Assembly: GCA_002269645.1 (NCBI GenBank)
Contig: NIVC01001313.1
Location: 1 to 64,000 of the forward strand
DNA: 64,000 nt
DNA from: Macrostomum lignano
Taxonomy: Eukaryota
Direction: 5' to 3'
Positions within the stretch are counted from its first letter, which is position 1. Each line of letters starts with the position of its first letter. The notes under the pieces were generated by a model, which made no database searches, was not told the origin of the DNA, and saw only the letters and a list, made by a program, of their open reading frames with translations. A program made the translations under genes and the position numbers. Shown one piece after another: positions 23,946-36,701 of this stretch.

Positions 23946-24297
23946 AGTTCTTGAATATTTTTACGAGTCACTGAATCAGCCCAAATCTCCGCTCGAAATC
24001 AAAGCTATTAAGACTATATTTAACTATTAATTTAGTTTAGGATATAGCAGGAGTTAACAAAAATTATTCATAAACACAGAAACTTCGATAAAAAAGGAAG
24101 CATGCATATGGACTCGTGTAGAGTCTGATGTAATTGTATCATAAACTTCATTAAAATAAGCACTAACAACTTTGACAGATATCAATATCGTATTTACACA
24201 AAGAAATGCACATTGAATGTACTAGGCACATACAAATACTGTTGTAATGAGATTCTTCGAGATTTACGACAAGAAAACAGAACGGTCAATTATAAGG

Positions 24298-27200
24298 TCA
24301 CGTGACACTGTTGAACCCGAGAAAATCGGCATTCGCAGTCCAATTAGCGTAGGCAGTTCCATACAGCACCGGATCGGCTTTGAATGCCATCCAAACACGC
24401 CGCGGCGACTCCAGCCCGACGCTGCCCAGATACCGGCCAATTTCGGACAGACAGTCGGCCGCTAACGCTGTCCGATCTCGGCCAGGGCCAGCGGCAACCG
24501 ATTTGAGGCTTGGCTGTCCAATTTTAACTGCGCCTCGGCCAGTAAGATTGGCAACCATGCAGTTCATGGCAAAGTGCTCGCAGTCCCCAATAGAATCTAT
24601 GTAGTCCAGCAGTTCCGTGGGCAGGGTGTCGTGAAACAGGGCTCCGTACTGTTTGTGATAGAATGCGGCACCCGCTAGAAGAGGGGACACGGACGGCTGC
24701 TGGCCTCCGGAGCTGCTGTCGGCTCCCAGTCCGACCAGTCTGTCCGGATTCTCCAGCCACACGTGGTAGGCAAGTAGTACCTCGCCTGCGGCAAGGAGTT
24801 TTTGTTTCCAATAATAATTAATTTAAATAAATTTATACACGCTTAGATAATAGTCCTGGATATACTCGGAAGAGTTTGAACAGTCTCAGAACATAGTCTA
24901 GGAAATACTACAGCAAATTATCAGACAAGCTCGGACACATTCGGACATATTTGGACAGACTCGGAATGTTCGGACAGGCTCGGACATATTTGGACAGGTT
25001 CCGAAAACGCTCAGAAATATTCATACATATTCGGACACACTCCGAAAAGGCCCAGAAGCTCGGACACATTCGGACAAGGTCGGACGTACGAAAATAAGCC
25101 GAGATATTCGTACAAACTACTCGGACATACTCCGAAAAGGCCCAGAAACACTCGGCCAAGCTCGGACACATTTGGACATGCCCAGACAAGCTGAGATACT
25201 CTTAAAAAACTACTCGGACATACTCAGAAAAAAACGTAAAGATAATCAGACAAGCTTGGACACATTCGGACAAGGTCGGACATACACAGAAAAGCTCAGA
25301 AATACTCGGATATACTCGGACATAAGAAAAATCTTACTAGGCACCAGTACGTCAACATCATCGTCTAGCAGAGACAACACCGCGTCAGTTTCAATTTGAT
25401 CGTACGGAAAAAATCGATTAGTAAGCCGATCGTCTCCTGTTTGGACAATCTCCAAGCCGACGCCTGGAGGCATCGCGGGCCAATGGCCGCCCAGCAGAGG
25501 CGGCGGCGCTTCAGTCAGGCCGTTCCACACTATCAGAATCTTGCGCAGATGAGGCGGCCGCGGCGAAGCTGAGCCAGTCGCACCGCTAGTTACTAGGCTA
25601 GCCAGAGTGCGAATCAGTTTGGAGAAACTGCCCCCTCTGGTGAGCACAACGGCTGTGTAGCCTTGATTAGAGTTCAATGGAGCCGTGTGAAACAGAGGCG
25701 GAGACGGCGAGACGGGCAGGCCGGCAACAGACTGGGGACCGTTGGACTCCTGGGGTAGGCGGAGAACTCAGCTCAGTCAGTTTTGTGTGTATTCAGCTGA
25801 GTCAGCTGCGTGAACTGAGAACACAGCTAGATGGAGTGACATCACGCGGCAAGCCGAGTGACAGATTCGATAAACTGAGAACACGGATAGATGGAGTGAC
25901 ACTAAGCGGTAAGCCGAGTGACAGATCCAATCAACTGAGAACACGGATAGATGGAGTGACACCAAGCGGTAAGCCGAGTGACAGATTCGATAAACTGAGA
26001 ACACGGATAGATGGAGTGACACTAAGCGGTAAGCCGAGTGACAGATCCAATCAACTGAGAACACGGATAGATGGAGTGACACCAAGCGGTAAGCCGAGTG
26101 ACAGATTCGATCAACTGAGAACACGGATAGATGGAGTGACACCAAGCGGTAAGCCGAGTGACAGATTGAATCAACTGAGAACACGGATAGATGGAGTGAC
26201 ACCAAGCGGTAAGCCGAGTGACAGATTCAATCAACTGAGAACACGGATAGATGGAGTGACACTAAGCGGTAAGCCGAGTGACAGATTCAATCAACTGAAA
26301 ACACGGATAGATAAAGTGACACTAAGCGGTAAGCCGAGTGACAGATTCGATCAACTGAGAACACGGATAGATGGAGTGACACCAAGCGGTAAGCCGAGTG
26401 ACAGATTCGATCAACTGAGTCGCTCACCTGCATAGACGGAGCCATATACGGGAAAACTCGATCATTAAGAATCTGCAGCACGGCCAGAGCCACAGCAGCG
26501 GGGCTGGCAAAGTATCGCTTATAAATAACGCGCATCTGATAGCGCATAAAAGCCACGTATTGGCGAGAAAATTTTGTCAACATTCGAAACAAGCTGCCAA
26601 CGTCAGCTTCCCGATTTAATCGAATACTAAATCGATTCCATTCAATTAGCTCGTGAAATGGAAACACATTAGTGTTGGTGAGAATCACCGGGATGCACTG
26701 ACGGCTGACAGCGTCTAGGAGGGCAGCGGAGCCAGTTAACTGGGTGTAGAACACTAGGCAGAAGGTGGCCTTGGACAGCACATCTGGATAGGCGTATCTA
26801 GTACCGTTTCTAGCGCAGCGAGACTCCTCAGTTGCGGCCGAGGCCGACGGGCAGAAGTTTAATTGTAGGAAGCGTCTGTCGCCGAGGCTTCGGCGGAGTC
26901 GCTTCACCGGTTCGGGTGCGCTGGGTGGAGCGGATGCCAGCAACACGGGGCGCTCGGTTGAGTCCAGAGAGTCGTCGCTAAACGACTCCGTCTTGAGTTG
27001 GTTGGGAAAGTTGATTCAGAAGAATCTATTACTGCATAAGAATTTCCAAGCAAATTTTAAATGTGATGTAGAGGGCAATTCTATGGACAAGCGTCAGAGA
27101 GAGTCTATGGCCAATATAGGTACGACTGTCCGGGAGAATTCATAAGAATCTAGATGGGCGATTGGCAGGGAGAATTTAGAAGAGTCTAGGGGATTGCCAG

Positions 27201-28459
27201 GGATAATTTAGAAGAGTCTAGGGGCGATTGTCAGAGAGGATTCAGAAGAGTCTAGGGGCGATTGTCAGAGAGGATTCAGAAGAGTCTAGGGGCGATTGTC
27301 AGAGAGGATTCAGAAGAGTCTAGGGGCGATTGTCAGAGAGGATTCAGAAGAGTCTAGGGGATTGTCAGGGAGAATTAAGAAGAGTCTATGAGCGATTGTC
27401 AGGGAGAATTCAGGGCAAATAGAGGTGCAATCGTCAGGGAGAATTCACAAGAGTCTAAGGAATTGTCAGGGAGAATTCAGAAGAGTCTTAAGGAATTGTC
27501 AGGGAGAATTCACAAGAGTCTAAGGAATTGTCAGGGAGAATTCAGAAGAGTCTTAAGGAATTGTCAGGGAGAATTCACAAGAGTCTAAGGAATTGTCAGG
27601 GAGAATTCAGAAGAGTCTTAAGGAATTGTCAGGGAGAATTCACAAGAGTCTAAGGAATTGTCAGGGAGAATTCAGAAGAGTCTTAAGGAATTGTCAGGGA
27701 GAATTCAGAAGAGTTTATGGGCGATTGTCAGTTAGGGTTAAAGAGAAGGCAGCAAACTCTCACCTGATCGTCAGGCCGCCCAGCAGCCAGGGTAGGCAAA
27801 GCAATATCAAACGTTGACCGATAGGTTCGCTCAGTAAAACTGGCGCTGGCCACCATAGCCTTAGACAATGGCAGACGAATTATGGTGGGTCCCGGTCGCA
27901 CTAGAGCTACGCGTACCGGATAGGCCTCTAACAATAAATGATTAACGCCATTGCCCGACCATTTGGGCAGGTGATAGAGATACTGAGGCAGCCAATCTAG
28001 CTCATAATTACTGGGATTCAGCGTGTCAATATCTGGCAGAAATACGCACGCTCTATCCGGATCCTCAGTATAATATGGCGAATCTCGAATCGCTCGCATT
28101 AAATTATCAAATTGTCTACTGCGAAACTGAAACAGCCGGTGCCCGCCGGGTGTATAGTAGCGACGCCTAGGATAGATGTACACCCCGATACGGTGCTCGC
28201 CAACCAGACGACAGGCGTCAATGTCAAAGCAGGCGTGATAAGTGCACTTCATGTTGCGCAGACTGAAGTTAAAACCTGGCACCGGGTGTATCACTAAGCT
28301 GGGAGTGTTCACCTCATCTGAGCCCGTGTCCAAAACCAGCCTAGTTGAGCCAACTGGCGGAGGGGGAACTCTCTGACTCACTAGCCAAGCTAGGTAGGCC
28401 AGCCATAGCAGCGTTACTATGGCAACAGTGCCTAGCATTGTTCTAGTGGATTCCGCCAT
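24298..28459 (-). CDS. EXT2: Exostosin-2 heparan sulfate co-polymerase (GT47 + GT64)
   Basis: Exons 28459-27764, 26991-26428, 25749-25338 and 24785-24298, GT-AG with phases 0,0,1. Type II TM anchor at the N-terminus. Motifs YPDVLSKATFCLV, QILNDRVFPY, QGYTAVVLT, NRFFPYDQIETDAVL..DDD, PDRLVG, GAAFYHK, ADPVLY are EXT2-type. Confidence 0.93.
24920..25320. repeat. Degenerate short-unit repeat (CTCGGACA/TATT) in EXT2 intron 3
   Basis: Recurrent CGGACA motifs, irregular spacing. Confidence 0.7.
25805..26420. repeat. 60-nt minisatellite, about 10 copies, in EXT2 intron 2
   Basis: Line-periodic 60-nt unit (ACAGATTCGATCAACTGAGAACACGGATAG...). Confidence 0.96.
27170..27735. repeat. About 30-nt minisatellite in EXT2 intron 1 (GATTGTCAGGGAGAATTCAGAAGAGTCTA...)
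   Basis: Directly visible. Confidence 0.9.
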
Positions 28460-29523
28460 GTTTTGTTTAATCCACTTCTTCCATCAAAAATTTGGCATTC
28501 TGAGATCAACTTTTTTGGGATTGGGTAGGTTCAAGACTAAAATTTTTGCTGGTATCCTATGATTTCAAAAAAAATAAGATTGATATTTGGATATTATCAT
28601 ATGTACAATTATTTAGTTTGCTATATAGAAATGCAAGCTACCTATGATATCTATCTGACATAAATAAACAAACTTAGGCTAATTGAAACAGTATAGTGGA
28701 TAGATAATAAAGCCATTTAAAAATATCTGTTTAGAATTTTCCTCTATATAGATTAGGATATAGAAGTCAAGGCTTTTGACTTATAAACTTTTATAAGAAA
28801 AGAGAGGACTAAGCATCTTTCTATGCCTCCCCCTTTTCTATAGGTCTTGAACCATTGACCTTATTGTAGGCCTAGCCAAAAGCCATTTTATATTAGCCAC
28901 AATGCATCTCAATAATTACAACAAAGTTGGCATATATATAAGTGGCACTTAGATAATATCAAAAATAACTAATGATAACAAAGATTGTAGTTTTATAACT
29001 ACGAGTATCTAATACATTTGACCCTTGGCTATACATACTCTTTAAAGAACTAAAATTAGTATTAGTTAAAAGTGAGATTTTGAAACTTCTAATTTTCTAA
29101 TTTTTTATTATATAGTATGATAGATCTTGTTTATATGAGTAAAAAGACACTTCATTTTTGAATTTTGGTCGAGTAATAAAAAAGTTATAGAATTTTTCCC
29201 ATAAGGTACTGTGATAATTTTTCTTCAAAATGTATGATTTTCTGAGTTATGGATAATATAACTTTTGAATTATCCAAAGGATTTTTATGCCTAATATGCC
29301 AATTTTTAGCATTTTTCTTGTAGATTATTTTGCATTAGTGCTTTGAAAAATACAATTGATAGTTTTTCTTCTATTCTCAAAATAATGAGGTGCCATAAAT
29401 GAAATTTTAATCCTCAGACCACAATTATTCCATTTTTATCCTCATATAGATCATCCAGGTGCTACACCAAGCCAATCTAGCTGTCGGGCAAGGGGCCTAG
29501 CCAAGGTAAGTTGCAAAAATGCC

Positions 29524-29568
29524 CATCTAATTAGTACTCTAAATTAGCAAAGGAGTACTAATTAGATG
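29524..29568. other. Perfect 16-bp inverted repeat with a 13-nt loop
   Basis: CATCTAATTAGTACTC (29524-29539) and GAGTACTAATTAGATG (29553-29568). Confidence 0.9.
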
Positions 29569-30401
29569 ACGAGGTATTTACTCCTGCTGTTTACCCAATC
29601 ATTGGTACCATTATTGGAGTTGTGGTAATATCTGGCAATGAGATCATTGTTTCCTCTTGTTTGTATGCCATTTTGGATAATAAAACAGAAGAAAAAAGAA
29701 GAAGAAAAAAGTCCATTTGCTCCTAAATGGTTATGCATACATATTGTTGGGGGGTCATGTTTAGACCACTATGTAGGTAAAAGTGGGGACCAAAAAGTAA
29801 AAAAAATACAATTAAATTCTATGAAAAATTCTACATCAAAAAACAGGTGCTGGCAATTGGGTGCACTAGATTCATTAGTAGAAATAATCGTTAAAAAACT
29901 GGTTAAAAAACTGCATGATAACTCAGAGTTCGAAAATTATTTAGAAACAAAACTTCACACACTAAAAGTACCTATCCTAAGGTGGTGCAAAAGTCTTAAA
30001 CTTCCTTAGTTTCAAATAAGTATCTGGGTATAGTAAGCAATAAGGTGAATATTTAAGCTTTTTTTCAATAATTTTGTCTATAAGTGCAGCATAACTCAGG
30101 CTTGGAAAAGTAAATCAAGACAAAATTTCAAGTACCTATTCTAGGGGGTACAAAAGCTGCAACGTTTTGTATTTGAGAGATGCATGTGTGCATATAAATT
30201 AAGGGATAATGTCAGTATTAAATGATTTTTTGAGTTTCTTTTATAAGTGCATTTTAACCTAGCCTTGAAAAATAATTTAAAGACAAGACTTCTCTTCAAT
30301 AAAGTAGCTATTAAATGTTTTACCATTAAATATAACTACTATGTTAATGCTACTGCTAATCTTCATATTATCTAATGTAAATACATTTTCTTCCTCAGTC
30401 A

Positions 30402-31915
30402 ATGGTCTTTAGCAGGAAAAAGAAGGAAAAGAAAAGGAAAGAAAACTAGCACTTTTTGAATAAGAAGATGGAAGAGGATCCTGAAGGATTTAAGCAGTAT
30501 AAAAGAGCAAAAGCAAATGAGTCGTACAGACAAAGGGCAGGAGTTTGCGTTGAGGCTCAGGCTTATGATCAGGCCGAATTTTGAGCTGAAGCTCCAGTAG
30601 ATGTTTGTGTAGAGGCCCAGGCTGAAGCTCAGCCTAAAGCTGCTAAAGAAGTTATAGACCCAGAGATAGAAAGAATATTGCTGCTTTGGTGTCTGTGCTG
30701 CAAGAAGAGAGTCCAAGAAAAAAGATGAGCATTATGCTCGTCTTTTAGCTCAACATATGACCCTAAGCATACAGCACACATCTTTGAAGTTGAAGCACTG
30801 CTTGCTGCAGCAAAAGGTTAGGCGAATTAGTTCACAAGAGTGTCCCAGGCGATCTGATGCTTCACAATCAGCAATGGTTGAAGCAACCACTCATGTAGTA
30901 GAGACCATAATTGCACAGAAGCGGAAGCCAGAAATGCAACACCTTGTGTGTGAGATGGTCGAAACCACTAACAATCCTCGTGCAGCAATGAAAGCTTTGA
31001 GATGTACACCAAAGGTGCTAAAGACTAAGCCACCACCAAAGGAAAATGCCAGGCGCAATGCAGTTATAATTTTTTTGTGATGACAGCAACACGTGCAACT
31101 GCTGGCAGGAGGGAGACAGTTGGTTGAGGCAACCAGAAAAAGCAAAAAAGGATCCTGCTCTACAGCATGGAAGTTCTTCTTTGGAAGTTTAGAGCAGAGC
31201 ATCCATTCATGACCATCAGTCTAGCCACATTTTACTGACATAGAACAGCATATGTTGTTTATCCAAAGCTGTCAGACTGGCATCAGTGCCTGTGCCCAAA
31301 GTGCAAAAACCTTGACCTGTTAGTTGAGGGTCTCTACTTGTTGGGGCCTGTCAGAACTAATGACAAGCACACTCTGCTCCTAGAAGTTATTTGCTCAGAA
31401 GAATCAGCCGCCTGTCTCTGCCACCAGTGCCTAAAATGCCGCTATAAATCTCCAGTTGTCATGGAAGTCACTGCTGGTCTGTCGGAGGTCACCTACTGCA
31501 AGTGAGAACTAAAAGGGATTCAAGCGGCATGGAGATTGTGCACCTGAAAGTCAAGTGCAAGGTGGCCATCTGTGAGCTTCATAAACTGCTTTGAGATTAC
31601 GGCACCCACTTTATGCAGTTGCGGCACCAGTACCGAGCCATTTGTGAGCTGATATCCAGTCTTGGGCCGCACCATTTGGCCCTACACATTGACTTCAGTG
31701 AAGCGTATGGTGCAAAGTATTTCAGGGAAACCCAGTCAATGCATTTCGGAAACCGCGGCCAGGTAACAATATATCAGGGCATTGCCTATGTGGAAGACCA
31801 TGCACTGCAGTTGTTTGCCTCCCTGTTGGATGACAAAAGCAAAAAGGCTAAAGCCATTGCTGCGCATCTAGAGCCTGTGTTAGATCACTTCCAGACTCCT
31901 TTACAACTCTATTGA
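30402..31915 (+). pseudogene. Decayed DNA transposase, Sola2-like
   Basis: Fragments across stops and frameshifts: QKRILLYSMEVLLWKFRAEHPFMTISLATF, HQCLCPKCKNL, CLCHQCLKC, LHIDFSEAYGAKYFRETQSMHFGNRGQVTIYQGIAY. These resemble the QKRxL, ISxxxF, CxCxxCxN and DF(A/S)ENY..QSxH(W/F)..QxT motifs I recall for Sola2 DDD transposases. Element ends not identified. Confidence 0.72.
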
Positions 31916-32068
31916 GCAAGTTTCAATCATTTCGGACTTGCCAAGTAGTCAATATTGCAAACAGAGGATGCTCTATATCATCAACTGTCTATTATGCCTG
32001 AGAAATATCTTTTGGTGGGAGTGGCTTTATATTAAACATAATTAAACATTAAACATTAAATGTTATAT

Positions 32069-32105
<37 letters not shown>

Positions 32106-33830
32106 TTTAATATTAAACATTTAACATAACATTTAACATTATAACATTTACTTTAAAACGAAATTTCATTTATTAGATTTAGGTTATATAATTTGGAATC
32201 ATGATTTTTTACAGTGCAAATAAACAAATATCGCTAATGGATGCTTTTTTCAGTGTTTCCTCTGCTTTTATCTATGTTTTTGCAATGTAGAAACACTACT
32301 CTTTTTATTGAAACTGCTAGTTTACTGATTTGCTCTGCAAAAAAATATTTTCATTACAGTGTCCCAAGTTTTGAGAATGACCCTTTTATGTGTTGCCACT
32401 TTTTAGAAATATACACTTATGAAAAAAGCACAAACATGACATTTAGGGAAAATGAAATCTTTAAACATATATAACTTTTGTCAATATTGACCGATTCTCT
32501 TATAAAAACATTTATTTGAAGCAAAATTTTATAATCTTTTGAACCCTTCCATCTTTATGCCATGAATGAAAACTTCTATTTTTTAGTGTTTTTCTTAATC
32601 AAACATACTACCCTGTTTACTGATTTTCTAATTTTTCTGCTTTTCTGCATTGCTCAATGGACCCACTACTATTGCAAACAAGTTTTAGTATTGTCTATTA
32701 GGAAGCTAACTTTTCTTTGTAAAAAGGGTAAAATATTTAATTCTGGTAAAATTAATAAGTCATTGCCATTGGTAGTTACAATTAAAATTGTTATCTAGGT
32801 TTTATTTATGATATTATTATTTATTTACAAGCAAACTAGGCCCTAAATTGTAACAAACCTTTTGGCTATTATTACAATCCCTATTGGAATAAATGTTGAA
32901 AACTCACAGACACATGCTTTAGAAAAAGAGTCAGTCAAATGATTGAGTCAAATGAACAAAGTTTAGTATGACCAAAACTCACTTTTTTACTTTTGATTTA
33001 CTGCTTATAGAAAACAAAATACATGTATATGTAGCACAAATTAGTTTATTTTAGCCACTTTTTTACACACTTCCAAAATTTTGATTACCAATTTTTTTCA
33101 AAATAAAAATTCACTCTTGAAAATTTCAAACTTTTGAATATCAAAATTGAAATTTTGGAACATCTCTAAGCATTATATTAGAAATTATGAGTATATAGGC
33201 CCCTTCAACAAAGGTTAGACCCTTTTTCATATATATATTTTTTGCTAGAGCAGCAGCCAGCAGGGAAGGGCAGTGCACACATGCAGGCACTGCGCGCCTA
33301 TGCATGCACTGCACTTTAAAAAAATTTCAAAAGTGCCCCAGATGCTATTCATAGTTCTATAACTTTTTCCTATAGGGATTACAATTTAATATATTTTAAT
33401 ACTAATAATTAAATTATTAAGTTGTTAGGACTATATTAAAGTAGCTTTTTAAAGTTCTATGTCTATAGAATCAATAGACTTCTTTATATTAAGCCTTTGG
33501 AAAAGCTTAATTCTAGGCCTATGCTATGAGATGTCTTCCAGTCAATCCGGCAACAGACAATCTAGCAATAGATTTTTTGTAGATTTTATAGATTTTAGTA
33601 CTGCATCTAATGCTTTATATATGTGTAGTGCTCTTGTTCTAATCTAAGATGAGTCAATCCTAATGTAAGTTACTATTAAGGTTTTTTTCTTTTAACAAGA
33701 TTTGAGAATCAAAGAACCAAAAAATTGCTAGTTGCATTGCAATTTCCATGTATTTACCATGCTAAAAAAACAAAAGAAAATGCAATATATAGTCTTAACT
33801 ATTCCATTTAATTTAGTAAATTCTGCACCA

Positions 33831-35250
33831 TAGTCCAGATCATGCTAAGTGCACACCTAAACAAAAATCAATAATTATAAATGCACACCAAAAAAATTGA
33901 GTGCATGCCCATTCTTAAAACGCTGCTAGTGTTGCAACAATAAATGACCTTTTTTATGTTGTGACAATAAATGACCTTTTTTATTGCATAATAGACATTT
34001 TTAACAGATATTTGGTTAATGTTTTTCTGCTTTTTTGGTGATACTATTTATAGTGGAAAATTGATACACACAGGTTGTTTAAATGCCTTATTATGAGCTT
34101 AAAAACCCAGAAAGTGGGAAATTTATGCTTAAAAATGAACTTTTTTCACCTTTTTTTTCTACTTCACAATAACTCTTCTGCATGATTCTATTAAGTGCAT
34201 GCTAGGTATATTTTCTTAAGAGTGATTCACGCCAACTATGTATGCCTACTTTTGGCATACAAGGCCAATGCACACCCAAATTTTCGGGCATATACTACAT
34301 GATCTAGAGTGTGGATTCTACATAAATAAATGTTTGCAAAATTAAATAATAATAAAAATAGAATACTATATAGCCTCAATAATCTATATAAATGCTAAAT
34401 CATACATGCGCAACAGTTGGCCGAGTTGGCCGATCTGGCTGACCAATTTGGCAGCCAACCAAGGAAGTCACAAATATGCCCACCTGAAAAAACACCCAAG
34501 TAGTAGTACTAAGTAGCTGACAAGGCATTTTGGGTTAATAAGACAGTTATAGTTACTCTTGCCATTTACCCAAAGTTGCGTTAATTTTGCTTTAGGGTTT
34601 TTTACATGTAAGTCGCATTTTTGGCCAAAAACTACGTCGCATTTTTGTTAAAACTAAGTCGCACAGCTGACTAAATTTTGGAGGTTGCGCATGTATGTGC
34701 TAAATTATTGATTTAAAAGCTTTTACTCATATTACACATTGCTGCTAGATTGCCTGTCACTTAATTGACTATTATCTATACTCTAGATAATGTAGTATAC
34801 ACCAAAAAATTTGGACATGCATTGGCCTTGCATACCAATAGTAGGCATGCACAGTTGGCATGCAGCACTCCTAAGAAAATAATGTGCATGCACACCTAGT
34901 GTACACTTTATAGAATATAAAATAATATGGAAATATTTTAAATAAATAAAAAAGTTCATTTTTAAACATAAATTTTAAGCTTACTAGGTTTTTAAGCTTA
35001 TAATAAGGTAATTGAACAAATCTTTGCATGTATTGATTTTTTACTATAAATAATATAGGCAAAAAGCATAAACATCAACCAAATTATTAGCCAAGAAGGG
35101 TATCTTTATTCAACCTAAAAAAGGTCAATTATTATTGCAATACTGGCATACATTTGAGAGTGTAAATATGCACTTAACTTTTTTGGTATACATTTGTAAC
35201 TATTCCATTTTTGTTTAGGCATGCACTTTTTCCTAGCATGATCTAGACTA
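33831..35250. mobile_element. Non-autonomous foldback element with about 580-bp diverged TIRs and TAG...CTA termini
   Basis: TAGTCCAGATCATGCT at 33831 versus AGCATGATCTAGACTA ending at 35250. Inverted similarity is traceable inward to about 34413/34684 (e.g. GCATACAAGGCCAATGCA versus TGCATTGGCCTTGCATAC). No TSD seen. Confidence 0.8.
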
Positions 35251-35860
35251 TAGACTATTACCCTTACCAGATTCTCTATTACTAGATTGACTGCATATGA
35301 TAGTATAGATACCTTGTAATATGATAAAACATCATTTATTTTATTTAAGACAATTAAAATATAGGCCTATTAATATCATGTGCATAAAAAATATCTGCAA
35401 TCTTCTGTTTCTAATAAGGGTAATAACAATTTTATGCCAATAATAGTAGGGCCTAGTACTAGTAGTAGGCCTAAGACTAAACAAGCCCTAGGTTTATTAC
35501 TTTTTATCTATTGTATGATTGTCTTGTTTTGTATAAAGAAGTGCTTTTTACCATGGTCATGCCAATAATTCTATTTTATCTATATGGATCCATGTCAATA
35601 ATTTTCAACTTATCCCCATAGCAGCTTATTGAAATAGCTATCACCATTCAAGTCTAAAGGCTGTGTCAATAATTCTAATTTTATTCATATGGATCTGTTT
35701 ATAATTTTCAGCTCATCCCCATAGTAGCTTAGGCCCTATTGAAATAGCTACCACCATTCAAGTCTATAGGCTATGTCAATAATTCCAATTTTATTCATAT
35801 AACTTCCACCATTGGATTGGATCTAGTCTTAATTGAATTCCTATCTATGCATAAAAAGTA

Positions 35861-36435
35861 GGCTATCCTACAGAATTGTTTGTTAAATTCACTCATTATC
35901 AATCACTGTACATACATTTTTTTAGCTATTGATGTGAAACTTGCCAAAAATGAATACTTTCATTATGCCAACATTTTAGAAGTGTTTTGGCATTAAAATT
36001 CCATTTGTGGGCGGTTGTAAGTTAAATTTTATTGCAATTTCTGGGTTTTTCCAGATTTTTTCAAAATTTAATGACTATTAATAATTATGTAATTTTGAAT
36101 TTGTGTGCTGATGTCACTGGCAAAAAATGTATCTATGGTCAAAATTAGTTACAAACTCTGGGGCTTGAAGGAGAGGGACCGGGACGCTGCTAAGCTGAAA
36201 ATACTGTGAATAAAGTGCTTTCCAATTAAAAATGGCTGGTGGACAACCTTCTGCCCCAACATAGATTGTGCCACCTCAAGAGTTTCGCCCAGCCCTTGAA
36301 CTAACAAATATGGACACTTCTAAACACTTCTAAAATGTTGGCATAATTAAAGTATTCATTTTTGGAAAGTTTCATGTCAATAGCTAAAAAAAATATGCGT
36401 ACAGTGAATTTAACGAACGATTCTGCAGGATAGCC
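35861..36435. mobile_element. MITE with about 130-bp TIRs (GGCTATCC...GGATAGCC) and an 8-bp TSD
   Basis: AAAAAGTA at 35853-35860 and 36436-36443; TIR similarity includes AAAAATGAATACTTT.ATTATGCCAACATTTTAGAAGTGTTT. Confidence 0.9.
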
Positions 36436-36701
36436 AAAAAGTATACTATGCTATCTTTTGTATTAAAATAGTATTGTAGGCTTTTGCTATCAGTTTAAAA
36501 ACAGTTATCTATTGTACTCTTTACTATTTATCGCTGATAGTGATAGTATAATAATAGATCAAGTTTGACTGTTTTTGCACTGTTCGCAGTCTGCAATAGG
36601 CCCTATTTTCACAAAAAAATCTAAATTGAAAGTGTGCATATTCTGGTCTTTAAAAATCTGAGTGAGTTGGGTTCGCAGTAATCACTACAGCTCCGAGCCT
36701 C

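Noticed and set aside
29041-33420. TIRs delimiting the Sola2-like element
   Set aside because: Only a 13-nt inverted match (AAAAGTTATAGAA) was found in AT-rich DNA, which is insufficient to define ends.
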